64,000 nt of DNA from Eledone cirrhosa (taxonomy: Eukaryota): contig OZ024740.1 in NCBI GenBank assembly GCA_964016885.1, positions 65,100,001 to 65,164,000 on the forward strand. Reading direction: 5' to 3'. Position 1 is the stretch's first letter. Each line of letters begins with the position of its first letter. The translations under genes were made by a program, and so were the position numbers. Positions 44,560 through 56,881 of this stretch are shown piece after piece. A model generated the notes under the pieces. It was not told the DNA's origin and made no database searches. It saw only the letters and a program-made list of their open reading frames with translations.

Positions 44560-44836
44560 ATGTTGCCAATAAGAAACACACGCACCAGTTGCTTTCACTT
44601 CAGTTTATTATAATAAATTTATAAGTCTAGGAATTTATAAATTTCCCCGTTGGTTGGTTGGTTCCACAACCAGATGATTATTTATATATTGTCAAAGTTC
44701 TTTCGTCAGACATTTTGTGACCTCTTCAGTGACTGGGGATTATTTTCTTATATATATATATATAAGTAGGCCAAATTTACTTGCAAACAGCCAGAGATTC
44801 GTGGCCTCAGCCGGATGGCTGAAACAGGTAAAAGAG

Positions 44837-44897
<61 letters not shown>

Positions 44898-45160
44898 TTG
44901 GTTGACGTATGTCTCCGAACATATGTGTATTTACATATAATTTAAATACATATGTATACATATATATATATATAAGAAAAGAATCCCCAGTCAGTGAAGA
45001 GGTCACAGAATGTGTGACGAAATAATTTTGACAATATATAAACAATCATCTGGTTGTGGAACCAACCAAACGGAAATTTATAAATTCCTAAACTTATAAA
45101 TTTACTATAGTAAATTGAACTGAAACAACTGGTGCGTGTGTTTCTTATTGGCAACATGAC
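44560..45160. repeat. Inverted repeat (~200-bp arms) with hammerhead motif in each arm
   Basis: Minus 44691-44733: GTCA-CTGAAGA-GGTCA..TGAC-GAAA-GAAC-TT-TGAC. The plus copy at 44990-45032 has C3G. Confidence 0.8.
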
Positions 45161-45708
45161 CCTCCCAAAATATAACAATATCTATATATATATATATATA
45201 TGTATGTATATATATATATCCAAATGAGTATACGAGAGGGATGACAAATGAGTATATGAAACGTACGAATTTCCTGGATACCCGCAATAGAGTACAGGGA
45301 TAATGACATTCACATAATAATTATTGCGAAACAGATTTAGAATCGATCCGGGTATCACGGCCATTGCCAATATAGGTTTGTTATTTTTATTGATTTATTA
45401 CTTTAAATCGAGACAGGCAAACCATAGTATTTTTAATTAGTATTTTTCAACCTAGCTAACTTGGTAATTTGCAATTCGAACACATGTATACTTGTATCGG
45501 TGTTCATCCCTCTCATATAATCATTTGTATTAAACGGCCGGAAATATTCCCTTCTTTGAGCTATTTAATTGTCAAAGACTATTTCGAGTTTATAACTCAA
45601 TATATGATATATATATATATATATATATATAACGAAGGAAATGTGGTAAGGAACCAGGTGGACAATAACTCACCAAAATACTCAATACTTAGGGTAGTAG
45701 ACTGTGTA

Positions 45709-45807
45709 ATAGGAACGAGTTGGACCCTGACGGCTGAGCTCAAGCCGTTTCGACGGCTAATTAGCCGTCGAAACGGCTTGAGCTCAGCCATCGGGGTCTT
45801 ACTCGTT

Positions 45808-45812
<5 letters not shown>
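45709..45812. repeat. Near-perfect palindrome (58-bp perfect core)
   Basis: GGCTGAGCTCAAGCCGTTTCGACGGCTAA|TTAGCCGTCGAAACGGCTTGAGCTCAGCC, centre 45760/45761. A related hairpin lies at 56570-56650. Confidence 0.9.
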
Positions 45813-45865
<53 letters not shown>

Positions 45866-45869
<4 letters not shown>

Positions 45870-46097
45870 GCAGTACTAGTTGTAGATGTTATCGAGATAC
45901 GAGTGACATAATAATTATTTCAACAGCAGAAATTAGAGATGAAATATACGTTTATTTTTTGATGTAGCACAAACAATGGTGTGGTACAGAGGCTGGTTTC
46001 TGGCGTGTGTTCAGTCGGCTTTTCAGTGGCTGTCTGTCTTTTCTTGCTGGCGTTCCTAACCGGCGTTCTATCAAGGAGCGTGAGGCGTCTTACTACA
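45866..46097 (-). repeat. 3' LTR
   Basis: Direct repeat of 51101-51332; minus strand begins TGTAGTAAG. Confidence 0.95.
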
Positions 46098-46325
46098 GTA
46101 CCTCGAGCCAGATTTTGAAATTATCGAAAATCGATGTCATTACTCACATGTGGAGTAAGATGGCGAACAATGCAACAAGGGGGAGCTATCCGCTCTAGCA
46201 AAAATTGAATCCAGAATAAGGATTTGAAAAATGTTAAAAAAAAAAAAACGACATGCATGCATAACAAAACAAGGCAAAGAAAAAGCAGAAACACAGAGGC
46301 AAAAAAAAGGTGCAGCTAACATAGT

Positions 46326-49300
46326 CTAAATATAGACGGTGCTGCAACATTTTCTGGGCCAGTGGACCCTACGACCTGAACGGGTCGTGGTCTTGTAACG
46401 TGGCGATGGTGGTGGTGTAGGGACAGGCGATGATGGTGGTTCAGGAACAGTCGTTCGCTCAACAGGCAAATACGAAGGGGTTCGTGGATCAGGAACCACA
46501 GCGTCCGTGTCAAGGTGCGCCTGCTTAAGCCTGTCTAATGTAACTGTCTCCCGGGACCCCTTAATATCTAACGTGAAATGCTTAGCCGAGCGCGCTAAGA
46601 CACGGTAAGGTCCAGTGTAAGGCTGTGTGAGCGGGGGCTTCACCGTATCATTCCTTACAAAGACATGCGTCCACGAGGCAATATCCCTCGGGACAGCAGT
46701 CTTGACAGTTTGCTTCCTAGTGTCCATTGGCGGCAAATCCTGGAAATAGGAGCGCAAACGGGACACGTAGGAAGCGTGATCTTGGGCATCAAGATCGATA
46801 GGGGCAAGCATTTGCACGGGCAACGTCAGAGGGGCACCGTACATTACTTCGGCCGGTGAAAATCCAAAGTCGACCACCGTTGACCGAATCCCTAGTAGCA
46901 CAATAGGGAGGTACTCGCTCCAATGCGCCGAGTCCATTGAGGCCATTAAGGAGGCCTCCAGTTGGCGGTGAAAACGCTCCACCATACCATTCGAAGCGGG
47001 ATGGTATGTCGTAGTTCTAATGCGTTTAGCACCAATTAATTTTGACAGCTCGAGGAAAAGGCTCGACTCGAACTGTCGTCCACGGTCGGTAGTTATTGTG
47101 GATGGAACTCCATAACGAGAGATCCATCCAGACACAAGAGCACGTGCTGTTGTCTCCGCGGTGATGTTTTTCAAGGGGATGGCCTCAGGCCATCTCGAAA
47201 AATGGTCAATGACGGTAAGTAGATAAGAAAAACCATCGCTGACAGGCCAAGGTCCCACTATGTCAATATGAATATGCGAAAAACGCGCATCTGGGTTAGC
47301 AAAGGTACCCAGGGGAGCCTTGACGTGTCGATGAACCTTTGATCTCTGGCAAGCGACGCAGGAATGGCACCAAGCAGCAATTTCACGCCTCATATTTGGC
47401 CAGAAATATCTAGCTGATATGAGCTTTGCTGTGGCAGAAGATCCTGGATGCGAGATACAATGTAATCCCAGAAACACGGTCCGACGATGATTCTCTGGAA
47501 CGAAGGGCCTAGGCACGTCCAAAGAGACGTCGCAGAGAATTTGGCAAACTGCAGTCGACAGAGGCAAGTATTTCATCTCGCAATTCGCAAACTCGGGCGA
47601 TGTGACATCCAATGACTCAAGGGGAGGCTGATCCGCAGCCAAACGAGTCAGATCTATGTCAGAGGATGACGAGATCGCTGTCACGGGTAAGCGGGACAAA
47701 GCATCGGCCGCTGTATTTAGTGAACCGGGAATGTGCTGGATATCACTCGTATATTGCGAGATGAAATCAAGCTGTCTCGTCTCTCTGGGCGAGTATTTAT
47801 CAGCCTTCGCTCTCAAAGCAAAAGTCAATGGTTTATGGTCAGTGAGGATAATAAATTGTCTACCCTCTAGCACATGTGAAAAATAGATGGCTAAAAGCTC
47901 TCTTCCAAAGGTGCTGTAGCGCGTCTCAGCAGGATTTAGCTTTTTGGAAAAAAACTCCAGCGGTTGCTGGTGACCATTGATGTTTTGCTGTAGTACTGCG
48001 CCCACAGCGATATCCGATGCATCAACACAAAGCGTTAGCTTTGCACCGGGTACCGGGTGAGTCAGTAACGAAGCATTAGCCAAAACAGTTTTGGCGTGCT
48101 GAAAATCAGCAAGTTGAGTGTCTGTCAAAGAAATATCTTTGTTCTTCCTCTGACAATTTTTCAAAATTTCTGTCAGGGAGAAAAGCAATTTTGCACAATT
48201 TGGCACGAAATGCCTATAAAAGTTAACCAGACCTAAGAACTAGCGTAACTGACGTAGTGAGGTCGGTGGAGGCAAATCCTCTATGACCTTAACTCGCTCA
48301 GGCCGGGGTCGAATACCGTCAGCATCGATGACGTGACCCAAGAAAGTCACTGACTCAGCACCAAAAACACATTTGGGTGCATTAAGCTGCACGTTATACG
48401 CCTTCAATCGGCGGAAAAGAAGATTCAAATGGTGCGTATGCTGCTCTGGAGAAGAACTAGCAATGAGCAGATCGGCAATATAGGTATAGACGAAAGCGAG
48501 GCCGCGAGTAACCTCATCCATAAACCGCTGAAAAGTACTAGCGGCATTCCTTAATCCGAACGGCATAGTCAAAAACTCGAAAGACCCAAATGGCGTAACT
48601 ATAGCCGTTTTTGGAATGTCATTTTTATGGACAGGAATTTGATGGTACGCACGAATTAAATCCAGTTTGGAGAATATCTTGCATCCCTGCAACGAAAACG
48701 CAAAGTCTTGCAGATGAGGGATAGGATAACGGTCCGGTACCGTTATCGAATTCAGGTGTCGATAATCTCCAGTAGTTCTCCAATCGCCATTCGCTTTCGG
48801 TACCATGTGTAATGGGGACGCCCACGGGCTCGTGGACGGACGAATAATCCCCATTTGCAGCATATGATCAAACTCTGATCGTGCTGCTTTGAGTTTGTCC
48901 GGAGGCAAGCGACGAGGACGAGAGAAAACGGGAGCACCAGTCGTAGATATGAAGTGCTCCGTGGTATGAGTAGGTTCATCAAATCGAAAATTCCCCTGTG
49001 TCAGTTGCGGGAATGAGTTCAACAACGCATGGAAAGGATCACCGGTGTTAGCAAGAAAAAATGTCGGGCTAACCGTTGGAACTCCTGCTGCCTTGCCAAC
49101 AACAGTTAATCCCGTGATGCCATCAATTAGGCGTTTACCACGAAGGTCCACCGTCAATGAAAAATGGTGGAGAAAATCCGCGCCTAGAATCGGATACGGC
49201 AAGGCAGCGACAGTAAATATCCATTTAAACTCGCGCCGCAGATTACGAAACTGCAAAGGTAACGAGATTTGTCCGAAAGTTCGTCTAAGGGGGAGTCTCC

Positions 49301-49427
49301 TTCATACAACACACAGGCCATACGGAACAAGCTGCACCTGTGTCAACCAGAAAAGCTCTACCTGACAGCAGGTCCTCAATGAAAAAGTGGCGGTTAGATG
49401 TTGTTTCGCAGAGCGCACTATCCGCCG
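46326..49427 (-). pseudogene. pol: Gypsy pol (protease, RT, RNase H, integrase), disrupted
   Basis: Protease [39 protein letters not shown], with catalytic YIDD changed to YIAD and a stop at 48240. RNase [18 protein letters not shown]. Integrase HxxxH...CxxC, DIVGP, TDRGRQF, NGMVER. Confidence 0.93.
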
Positions 49428-50206
49428 TTAGTGACTCTGGTCGTCTTTTCCCTCGTAAGCACAAGGAGGCCTACAACGGGCGGCTTTTTTACCATATCTT
49501 TCATGGTAATAACAATATGGTGTTCCTGGTGTGTTGGAAGGGCTACGGTGGCGAGAAGTTGAATAACGTCGTGAGCGGCTCCTCTGCCGTCCAAAGGACC
49601 CGAATTCCGTGCACAACTCCGCCATTTGACGAGTCATGGCTTCCATAGTGGTGATTAATTTGTCATCAGACGCTGATGAGCGTGATTAAGGAAGAGAAGA
49701 GGAAGCAACGTACTTTGGCTTCGAAGTGTCTCTCTTCGTCACCTCTACAATTTTGTCAGCAGAGACAGCAATGTGATCCAGGGTATTCACCTCTAGCATA
49801 TGGGCTAGGATCGCCTGTACCTCTTGAGGTAGGCGAGAGAAGAACAATTGCTTCAGGAAAGGGCTATCCTGATCTTGGGAATCGCTCAAATCCCGCAAAT
49901 ACCGGAGAAAAGCGGTAGGGGTCCTGTCACCTAATCGTTCGTCCTCGATCAGTGACCGAAAACGACTCTCTACCGACTTATAATTCCTCCTCAAAATCTC
50001 GCCCTTCAAAAACTCATACGTCAAGTCAGAGGGGGAGGGGGTCTGTAATTAGGTCTTGGACCGAATCTGCTAGATTAGGGGGAGGGCCGCATCAGTACAG
50101 CGAGGCGCTGGTCAGATTCGGTCTTACAGACCGTAAAATACGCCTGTAACTGGGCAAACCACATCTTAGGTTTTCCAGTAAAGGCGGGCAAATGTGGTAC
50201 ATTCAT
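49428..50206 (-). pseudogene. gag: Gypsy gag, frameshifted
   Basis: LPAF..KPKMWFAQL, LGDRTPTAFLRYL, LFFSRLPQEVQAIL and knuckle CYYHERYGKKAARCRPPC. Confidence 0.85.
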
Positions 50207-51100
50207 GTCAACTTTTAAAATTAAAACAAATATATATACCTATATATCTAAAGAGCAATTAATGTACCCTTGTACAGTAAAAAGAGAACAGCCTATATTG
50301 AGAAAATGTTAAAGGGCAAAAAGAAACAGACATTCAAAACATAAGGAAATATGCAAAATACATAAAATACAGATATATATCTTTTAAAAAAAAAATTTTC
50401 TTTCAACGTCTGTCCCCTCGCGTTGCTTCAACGAACCAGCCAAATCAAATAAGGTAAAAAAGAGGGAGAAAAAAATTTAAAAAAAAAAAAAATATATATA
50501 TATCCGCGTTGGATACCAACAAAGGTAGCCAGTGGCTAAAAATCCCTTAGAAAAAGGTAAGGCATGTATATCCCCATGCGGGGCAGTTATGTTCACAAAA
50601 AAAGTTTAGTCTCTTCTCTCTTGATCAGTCATGGAACACACACGCAATTCAAAAAATGTGTCCGTTTCAAAACTGGGAAGGAACGCAACGCCACCTTGGA
50701 AAAATACACTTTTTTCTTTTTTCTTCTGTAAGTTGCGAAAAAGTTGGCAACGGAAATGGAATATTCAAGTGAATGAAAAAAAATTGCTCTAAATTATCGA
50801 CTCGAATGAATCGTTTTGATATTTCCGATGTGTGGTGGTTTGCGTCGGTAAGGCTATGAAGCTGCCACTCACTATTCCCTGTTTTGGTCAGTGGTTAAAC
50901 AATGTTGTCGCTGCTGCTGCTGTCGTTGTTGTTGTCGAGTGTAGCAAAAAGTTTTTTGAAATACTACTAATTTTTCGATAATTTTAAAAGGAATATTTTT
51001 TATTTTCGCAAGTTGCGAAAATAAAGGCCGGCAATGTGGCAATAAAAGTTCAACTGAATGAAAACGAAGGGCTGCGTTAATTTCTTACGTCGGTCACTAC

Positions 51101-51332
51101 TTTAGCAGTACTAGTTATAGATGTTATCGAGATACGAGTGACATAATAATCATTTCAACAGCAGAAATTAGAGATGAAATATACGTTTATTTTTTGATGT
51201 AGCACAAACAATGGTGTGGTACAGAGGCTGGTTTCTGGCGTGTGTTCAGTCGGCTTTTCAGTGGCTGTCTGTCTTTTCTTGCTGGCGTTCCAAACCGGCG
51301 TTCTATCAAGGAGCGTGAGGCGTCTTACTACA
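51101..51332 (-). repeat. 5' LTR
   Basis: Direct repeat of 45866-46097, followed on the minus strand by the PBS-like sequence. Confidence 0.95.
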
Positions 51333-51352
51333 TATATATATATCTATATATA

Positions 51353-52342
51353 TATAAGGAGTTGACGGACCCAGCATATTTATTAATGCCAGGACCGGTT
51401 GTATCAATGGGCAATGTAAGATACATTCCCAGAGTATACACAGTTATTTGCTTCAATACAACACACATAAAACGGGTGCCTATAATAGTTCCCGGACTCG
51501 AGTTTCGGCCGCACTTAATGCAGCAGTAAGGTGCTCTGTACCATCCGTCTGCATATATTATGCAACAATCGGCTTATGCGGCTTCCTCAGCTGGTATCGC
51601 CTAATCAATAACCAATCGATCGACAGCCATGCCGGTCATGTCTGTTTGTGACAACCGACACGGTAAAGTGATTAGCAACTGGAACCCGATACAACTCTGT
51701 CCCTCAACTAGCCACCGATTTACAAATTTTATGAGGTGGTGGGTGATTAAGAAACCATATTTTCGTTCCAATCAAAAGCCCTAAGCCAACGTGTCTCACA
51801 CACAAATTATTAAGAGATGAAAGGATGGTTATTAGAAATAGCAAACCACAACGTTGTATGCATTCGGCTCATGTCTCCAAGTCCCATGGCTAGAGGAAAG
51901 CGATAGTAATAATGGTAGAGCGAAGAACCTTTAACGGACTTTAAATGCGATATAGTAGCGAGCTGAAATGTGGCAGCCGCGTGCGTAAAAACCAGTCTAT
52001 TTCACAACTTAAAAGAGTGAGTGATAAAATTAATAGCAGGAAAATAGAGCGCATATCATTCAAAACAATAAAAGAGTGAAAAATTGTTTAACTTACTCTC
52101 ATTAGTCCGCTAGTTGGGAGATAATAGTAATAAGGAGTTGACGGACCCAGCGTATTTATTAATGCCAGGACCGATCGTAGCTCAGAGTACTCACTGGGTA
52201 ATGTAAGATACATTCCCAGAGTATTCACCTAGTTATTCGCTTCAATACAACACACGTAAAAATGGGTGCCTATAATAGTTCCCGAAATCGAGTTTCGGTC
52301 GCACTAAATGCAGCAGTAAGGTGCACTGCACCATCCGTCTGC

Positions 52343-52345
<3 letters not shown>
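51353..52345. repeat. ~200-bp direct repeat pair (51353-51556, 52130-52345) with a half-hammerhead on the minus strand
   Basis: Minus GCTGCA TTAAG TGCGGC-C-GAAAC-TCGA-GTC; no recognisable CTGANGA upstream. Confidence 0.75.
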
Positions 52346-52383
<38 letters not shown>

Positions 52384-52386
<3 letters not shown>

Positions 52387-53800
52387 CCACACCCCTCTAC
52401 CAACAACAAGTTTCCACCACCTTCCAACACCTTGTCTCCTCCTCCCTCCTCCCCCCACCGCTTCCCACCTCATCGTCCGCACCCTCCGCACCCCCACCAT
52501 CTACTTCCTCCCCAAACTCCACAAACCCGACAACCCCGGCCGCCCCATCGTCTCCGCTTGCAACTGCCCCACCGCACTCATCTCCGCCTTTCTTGACTCC
52601 ATCCTCGCCCCCCTTGTCACCATCCTCCCCTCCCACATCTCCGACACCAACCACGCCCTGCGCGTTTTCGACTCCTTCACCTACGCACCCGGCTCACAGC
52701 CCTTCCTTTTCACCCTAGACATCAAGTCCCTCTATACCGTCATCCCCAACGCCGGCGGCCTACGCGCCCGCAAACACTACCTCGACCTTCGCCCCTCCCC
52801 CATCCCCTCCACCTCCACCCTCCTTTGCCTCGCCCAGCTGGTGCTCACCCTCAACTGTTTCTCCTTCTCGGGTGAGTTTTACCAACAGGTCACAGGGGTA
52901 GCCATGGGTAAAAGAATGGGCCCAAACTATGCCAACCTTTTTGTTAGCCATGTTGAGGCCCAAATCTTTGCCCAGTACACCGGCCCCACGCCCGAACTGT
53001 ACGGTCGTTACATCGACGACTGTATCGGAACCACGACCCTCACCCGAGAACAGCTCGACTCCTTTCTCTCCTTCTTCTGCTCCTTCCACCACTCCATCCA
53101 CTTCACCACCTCTATCTCCACCACTCACGTCCACTTCTTAGACATCTCAGTCGCCTTCGACCCCTCCCACCACTCCCTCGTCACATCCGCCTTCTTCAAA
53201 CCCACCGACTCCCACTCCTACCTCGACTTCACCTCTTCCCACCCCACACACACTAAACACTCTATTCCCTACTCCCAACTCCTCAGGATCCGCCGCCTCT
53301 GTAGCCGAGATGCTGACTTTGAGTCCCAGGCCCTTTCCCTAGTCAGCCATTTCATCCGCAGAGGTCCCCCCTCTCGTCCCCACCGCTCTCACCCGCGCCA
53401 GTGCTGTCCACCGCTCCACCACCCTCACCCCACCCCACGCCACCACACATCCACCCACCGTCTCCCCTTCCTCACCACCTACGACCCCTCCACCATACCC
53501 ATCCACCGCACCATCCTCCGCTTCTTCCGACGCCTCCAGTCCGACCCCTCCACCTCCCACATCTTCCCAGCCCCACCACTCCCCTCCTTCAAACGCGCAC
53601 GCAATCTCCGCACCATCCTCGTCCACAGCTTCCTACCCCCCAACCCACGCTCTCTTCCTCCCACCCCCCTGGTTACTTTCCCTGTTCTAGGCCCCGCTGC
53701 AACACCTGTCCCCACATCACCAACACCACCACTTTCCAGGGTCCCAACGGCCACTCTCTCTCTGACCGGCATGCCTTCCGCTGCACCTCCTCCAACCTAG
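52384..53800 (+). mobile_element. Penelope-like retroelement RT region (Neptune-like), strongly C-rich, truncated at both ends
   Basis: YFLPKLHKPDNPGRPIVS, DIKSLYTVIP, GVAMGKRMGPNYANLF, RYIDD, FLDI, KPTDSHSYL, SQLLRIRRLCS; in a shifted frame the linker CSRPRCNTC...CTSSNLV. Confidence 0.93.
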
Positions 53801-53814
53801 TGTCTGGACTTGGC

Positions 53815-54355
53815 TGCGCTGAATGAGTGTGACTTTTTAGGCCAGCCAACGACTTGAAAACTCTGGTACAAATGCTACACTTGTGACAATTATTGACACA
53901 TAGTGCTGGGCCCATGGTACCATGTGATGGCTATTGCAGAGAGATCTCCAGATATAAAGCAATGCCTGTGCCGTGAAGCTTTTATAGTGAGCAAAGGCAC
54001 TGCACAAAGCCAGTCCCACTCTCTTAACCAAGATGATATTTACCAAAAAGAAGAACAAGTCAACATCAATGGATACCATAAGGGTTGCAGGTGTTATATC
54101 AGAGTTTTCCTTCTCCTAGAATTCTGCCTTGACAAAGGCTAAGGAGTCGTCTCTCCCGGTGATTTGGGATGGCCATTGACTATTAAGAGCTCCTTTGCCC
54201 TTTGACAGGTTTTGTTTTAGTCCTGCAGGATGTCCAAAGTCACCCTCCTCACTAAGAAACCTTGGAGGGTTTGCCAGTTTAGTCGCCAACGACCCGACCA
54301 TGGGACAGGTTGTACTGGGATACATGTTACCAGTAGCACCAACTGGTGACCTGAC
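53815..54355 (-). mobile_element. Family B copy lacking its 3' end
   Basis: Reverse complement of 6759-~7300; abuts the truncated PLE tail-to-tail. Confidence 0.88.
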
Positions 54356-55476
54356 ATATATATATATATATATTTGAGGGGGATGAGGTATGCCGTAGCT
54401 GATGATATGCAAAATACACTCGGGCTAGTCATCTCCAGATTTATCTAGACGGTAAAAGGGTCTGGTCCGCGTTTGACACAATGGTGGGTGGAAACCCCAA
54501 CTTGCCGTTCTATAGAAGCTTAGTGGCGGGAAAAACGACGACGTTTTTGAGTATACTCTAGGTATCGATGAAAATAATCAAGCTATTCTTTTCCGGAGGA
54601 CTTTCGGAGTAGGGCCCATGCATTATTTTCAGAAATCCAGAGCCTGACAGTGCCCCCGGAGAGCATTATCAGTTTAAGATAAACTCTATATGCATGGAAG
54701 TCCTGTCAGCCGGGCCTATTCGAGATGCACGTAAGGCGACGAAACTCTTTCGCACGCACTCGTGGTATGTCCGAGTATTGCTGACTTGTGGTTTTATGCC
54801 GAATATCTGCTTAAGCATGTAGAACGGTACTAATTATCAACTGAGTCCCGCCGCCTTGCTTAAGAGGGGGAGGACATGCAGCTTTTATTTGCCTTGTAGC
54901 CATGGTAAAATACGTCATGTGGTGCATGCATTTGGATGTGTTGAAGTCAATCACCTCCTTCATCGGCGAAGCCCTGATTAACTTATTCAGGCCTCAATTT
55001 CAGAGAAAGCGAAATACTACCTAACAACCAGTTTGTTGAGAGTGATATGAATAGTCAGGGTGAATGCTCCTGATCTGGGTAGGCGCCTGCAAATGCGTCA
55101 GCCGAAGGGAGACTCTTGCCGTAGCGATCAGGGTGACCGTGGCTTTTGTCGGCTTTCTCCACGATCAACCCTTGGGATCTCCTCACTTCAGGGTAAATTT
55201 GTTATGTTTGAATTTTTAAATAAATATTTGTTTACATTTTGTTATAGAGATTTTTACTCTCCAAAACAATCCCCATTATACCGACCTGTGGCGTCTTTAT
55301 TCTCTGCTTAATGATAGCCCTCTGCTGCTATATAAAGAAATCATAATTCCATTATTTTATCATATGCAACATTCTCATCATGAAAATATTCAAAATAAAC
55401 ATTATACCACTAATACTACTACTTCTACCACTGTTGCTGTTACTATTAATACTATTTCTACCACTACAACTATTAC

Positions 55477-55885
55477 TGGCAATATCGTTAGAGGGTAGGG
55501 CACCATGCTTTGTCGCATAGAGTTACGGCCCTTTACAGTCTGAATTCAAATCCCACCGAGGTTAACTTTGCTTTTCATCTTTACGGAGTCGATAAAATAA
55601 AGTACCAGTAACGTACTGGGTTCGCTTTAATCGACTTTCCCCTCCCACCAGAATTACTGGCTTTGTGCCTGTACTAGAAATCATTATAGAATGTTGGACA
55701 ACATGCTTTCCCACATTGAGGTACGTCCCTTTGTGTATGGATTTCAAATTCTGCCGCGATTAGCTTTGCCTTATATCCTTACGGGTTCGATGAAATAAAA
55801 TATCATTGATGCACTGGGATCGATTTAATCGACTTTTCCCTCCTACAAAGATTGCTAGCTTTGTACATAAATCAGAACACATTAT
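55477..55885 (+). mobile_element. Two tRNA-derived SINE copies
   Basis: Core and tail motifs at ~55477-55688 and ~55690-55885. Confidence 0.8.
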
Positions 55886-56646
55886 TATTATTATAAATTT
55901 GATATATAACTCATTGATTATAATGAGTCTGGGCTAGGTGATTACACTCGGATACGATATGAGCCACAGTTCGTTCTCCTCCACAGATCATACCTAGCGT
56001 AGTAGACCCTCCTTGTCAATATAATGTTTCATTCATTTTCTACTAAAAGCTTGCCCCTGTGAAATGAGCAGTATTCCCTCTGTAATTTTGTTAAGACCCC
56101 CTTACATTAATCAGTCTCATGTGTACGAGAGGCTATTAAAAATAATTGGAAACAAACATATATCACATACAATTCTATATGTACATGTTATAGTTTAATA
56201 GCTATAAATGATTGCTTTTGCTTGTCTCCCACTCCATGGAGAGGGTTTTGGCTTGTGTCAAACGCTGTGACACCGAGTAACTTTGGTAGGGGGTCGAAAC
56301 TGCGAAAGTACATCTCAACGACTATTGACTCTGGAGTACTGTGTCTTTCGTTTGCACTTTTACTTTCAAAAAATATTTTTAAAAGTATCCCCTTCAGAAA
56401 ATTGTTTTTCGTTTTACCATGTTTTCCTTCGTTGTCTTGTCCTCTATCTGTTAATTTTCCTGAGTTTAATATTTGTATATATATATATAACGAAGGGAGT
56501 GTGGTAAGGAAACGAGGTGTACCATAATACACCAGAGTACTCGAAACATTGGATAGTAGAGTGGGCAATAGGAAAAGAGTCAGGACCCGACGGCAGAACT
56601 CAAGTCGAAACGGTTTGAGCTCGACGGTCGGGGTTCTGACTCTTTT

Positions 56647-56687
<41 letters not shown>

Positions 56688-56815
56688 AAAGTTATATTTA
56701 AAATTGTTGGGTTACAACTAGTAAATATTTATAACTGATATAAAAGCACTCGACAAATATTTGGAGTATATTTACAATATTAAATAAATGGAAACTATAT
56801 TTATAAAACCATATT

Positions 56816-56881
56816 TATTTCATTATATATATTTCGGGGATATCATATTAACAATACGCTATGCCTTCCTCAGACAAAATA
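56816..56881 (-). ncRNA. Hammerhead motif (26550 family)
   Basis: Minus: TATTTTGT-CTGAGGA-...-GAAA-TATATA-TA-ATGAAATA. Confidence 0.6.

Larger units (their letters stand above)
45866..51332 (-). mobile_element. Ty3/Gypsy LTR retrotransposon, full structure, pseudogenised
   Basis: 232-bp LTRs at 45866-46097 and 51101-51332 (3 differences seen). Degenerate tRNA-Trp-type PBS TAGTGACCGACGT. Order gag-PR-RT-RH-IN. Inserted in (TA)n. Confidence 0.96.

Noticed and set aside
52262-52383. N-terminus of the 512-aa ORF as the real PLE start
   Set aside because: It is read-through from an unrelated repeat and (TA)n; PLE homology begins only after ~52384.
54380-55200. GC-richer segment as a gene or LINE relic
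   Set aside because: No convincing motif in any frame I read; left unannotated.
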